A stretch of DNA of 64,000 nucleotides from an uncultured bacterium. GTDB taxonomy: Bacteria; Oederibacteriota; PGYV01; CAWJRG01. The notes beneath the pieces were generated by a model. The model did no database searches. It was not told the DNA's origin and was given only the letters and a program-made list of their open reading frames with translations. Of the stretch, positions 61,961 to 64,000 are shown piece by piece (position 1 is the stretch's first letter; each line of letters opens with the position of its first letter). The stretch lies in the NCBI GenBank assembly GCA_963845185.1, contig CAWJRG010000001.1:64001-128000 (forward strand), written 5' to 3'. Made by a program: the position numbers and the translations under genes.

Positions 61961-64000
61961 TCACTTTGTCAGATATATCTTGCCTTTATAAGTACCATTT
62001 GTTGTGGTCACAATGTAGAAATATATGCCTGCTGCAACCTGTTCCCCATTTTTATTCTTTCCGTCCCATTCTATCCTGCCTGTTACCCCGTTTATCTCGT
62101 ACATCTTAAAGCCTTCTATATTATATATAACCACATTGCTGTTTGGAGGTAGGAAATCAAATTTCAGGGTGTGGTTAAAAGCCGTTTCCCTGTTATATGG
62201 GTTTGGATAAACTGCTATTACATCCGGTGTCGGCGTCGGCGACAGGTAAGGCGTGATGGTTGCACTTACGCTTATTGTCGGCGTTATCGTGTATGTGGGG
62301 GTTATAGTATATGTGAGTGTTATCGTGTATGTCATTGTTATTGTATAAGTCTGCGATATTGTCGGGGATATTGTCATTGTCGGCGTTAAAGTCAGAGTTA
62401 ATGTTAAAGTTTGTGTCATTGTAATTGTCTGTGTTATGGTGTTTGTCCATGTAATAGTCGGCGTTATTGTGCATGTTGGCGTTATTGTCCATGTATATAT
62501 AGTTGCTGTATATGTCGGGGTTATTGTAAAAGTCTGTGTTATTGAAGGTGTATCTGTTATTGTAGGCGAATTGGTCAAAGTCTCGGTTATAGTGTAAGTC
62601 GGCGTTTCTGTGTATGTGTCCGTACATGTATCTGTTGCAGTTAATGTTAGGGTCAGCGTCAATGTCTCTGTTTCTGTTATTGTCGGCGTATCTGTGTATG
62701 TAGGCGACCATGTAGCTGTATCCGTGGCAGTAATCGAATATGTAGGCGTTATTGTAGCTGTCTGCGTTATAGTACCAGTCAATGTAATAGTAGGTGTTAC
62801 TGTATAAGTTTGTGTGATTGTCCACGTAAATATAGTAGATGTATATGTAGGTGTTATAGTATAAGTCTGTGTTATTGACGGCGTGTCTGTTATCGTCGGC
62901 GAATTCGTAAATGTAACGGTTATTGTAAAAGTATATGTTGATGTAAAAGTGCATGTCCATGTAGGCGTAGCCGTCGGCGTCCAAGTCTGAGTATTTGTTG
63001 GCGTCCATGTCTGCGAACTTGTTGGCGTCCAAGTCTGAGTATTTGTTGGCGTCCATGTCTGCGAGCTTGTCGGCGTCCAAGTCTGAGTATTTGTTGGCGT
63101 CCATGTCTGCGAGCTTGTTGGCGTCCATGTCGCCGTATTTGTCGGCGTCCGCGTTGACGAGCTTGTTGGCGTCCATGTAGGCGTATTTGTCGGCGTCCAT
63201 GTAGGCGAGCTTGTTGGTGTCCATGTAGGTGTATTTGTCGGCGTCCATGTAGGCGAACTTGTCGGTGTCCATGTCGGTGTATTTGTCGGCGTCCGTGTCG
63301 GTGTATTTGTCGGCGTCCATGTCGGTGTATTTGTCGGCGTAGCTGTCGGCGTCCATGTATATGTCGTGGTGGCTGTTGGTGTCCATGTAGGAGAGTTTGT
63401 TGGCGTGGCTGTCTGCGTCCATGTCCTTGTCGCTGTCCTGGTGGCAGTGTTTGTATAGGTTGCTGTAGGAGCGCTGCTAACCACTATATTATTGCTTGTA
63501 CCGGTTTCTGATGAATATGTCGTATCGGTTACACTTATTTTCTGGGTTCCGTTTGTATTCAGAGTTGCCGTAAAAGAATGCACTCCGTTATCTGTACCTA
63601 TAAATGTATAATTGGAAGGCAGGGTTGCACTGCCGTCAGTAGATGTAAAATGCACCGTACCTAAGTAATTTGCTACCGTGACACCGTAAGCGTCCCTTGC
63701 CCTGACTATCACGTTAAATGACTGGCCTCCGTAAACCGAGAATGGCGCAGACACATCAAATGATATTAAAGGCTGGGAAGTTATTGTCGCGGACACGCCT
63801 GCCCCGTCCGGGTTTGACATGTTGGCTGTTACCCAGTGCTTGGCTCCCTGCACAATTGAAAGTGTAAGGTTTACTATTGCTTGTCCGTTCGCGTCGGTGT
63901 TATTTGTTAAGGGCGCAACTGTGCCGTTGTTTGTGGAGAAAGTCATTGGTACATTTTGTATGCCTACCGTATTTCCTTTTTCATCCACAATTCTTGCTGT
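61961..64000 (-). CDS. Thr-rich surface protein (Big/Ig-like domains, TWTPT repeats, T9SS-CTD-like tail); 5' end lies beyond the window
   Basis: Frame is open to the edge (TARIVDEKG..); [35 protein letters not shown]. Confidence 0.88.
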   Translation of the reverse strand, partial: TARIVDEKGNTVGIQNVPMTFSTNNGTVAPLTNNTDANGQAIVNLTLSIVQGAKHWVTANMSNPDGAGVSATITSQPLISFDVSAPFSVYGGQSFNVIVRARDAYGVTVANYLGTVHFTSTDGSATLPSNYTFIGTDNGVHSFTATLNTNGTQKISVTDTTYSSETGTSNNIVVSSAPTATYTNTATRTATRTWTQTATPTNSPTWTPTATTTYTWTPTATPTNTPTWTPTNTPTRTPTNTPTWTPTSSPTWTPTNTPTWTPTSSPTWTPTNTPTWTPTSSSTRTPTNTATWTPTSSQTWTPTNTQTWTPTSSQTWTPTNTQTWTPTSSQTWTPTNTQTWTPTATPTWTCTFTSTYTFTITVTFTNSPTITDTPSITQTYTITPTYTSTIFTWTITQTYTVTPTITLTGTITQTATITPTYSITATDTATWSPTYTDTPTITETETLTLTLTLTATDTCTDTYTETPTYTITETLTNSPTITDTPSITQTFTITPTYTATIYTWTITPTCTITPTITWTNTITQTITMTQTLTLTLTLTPTMTISPTISQTYTITMTYTITLTYTITPTYTITPTISVSATITPYLSPTPTPDVIAVYPNPYNRETAFNHTLKFDFLPPNSNVVIYNIEGFKMYEINGVTGRIEWDGKNKNGEQVAAGIYFYIVTTTNGTYKGKIYLTK
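62960..63425 (-). repeat. 24/48-bp coding tandem repeats (TWTPTNTP / TWTPTSSQ)
   Basis: Near-exact 48-bp units at 62976, 63024 and 63072. Confidence 0.85.

Noticed and set aside
62193..63422. 409-aa MDADKY-repeat ORF
   Set aside because: Alternative-frame product of the TWTPT repeat tract inside the real gene

Overview
Bacterial chromosomal window, mostly encoded on the minus strand; a diderm non-Bacteroidota lineage such as Ca. Goldbacteria/Firestonebacteria is my guess from gene content, not verified. 1-30.3 kb is an accessory cell-surface region. It holds three giant secreted proteins with (T-x)n Thr-rich stalks and FlgD/T9SS-CTD-like C-termini, two TMEM260/DUF2723-like GT-C glycosyltransferase-TPR genes, two near-identical inverted IS1182 copies (one interrupted by an IS3-like element, the other disrupting a beta-barrel gene) and several REP-like palindromes. 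31.0-32.6 kb is a tRNA cluster (Tyr, Val, Thr, Gly, Asp) interleaved with tRNA-3'-end-linked structured repeats and a doubly interrupted tRNA-Gly copy. 32.6-48.6 kb is housekeeping (rlmB, cysS, ispF, ispD, PIN/TRAM, radA, thrS, rex, frameshifted rpsA, ispH, plsC, aroA, tyrA, aroF, hisC). 48.7-64 kb has envelope/TPR genes, rpmB, rel, a LysM lipoprotein, a broken crtI, a PorV-like barrel and a fourth Thr-rich CTD protein. The best candidates for new biology are a dedicated O-glycosylation plus T9SS-like export system for mucin-like proteins, and the tRNA T-loop-anchored repeat family.
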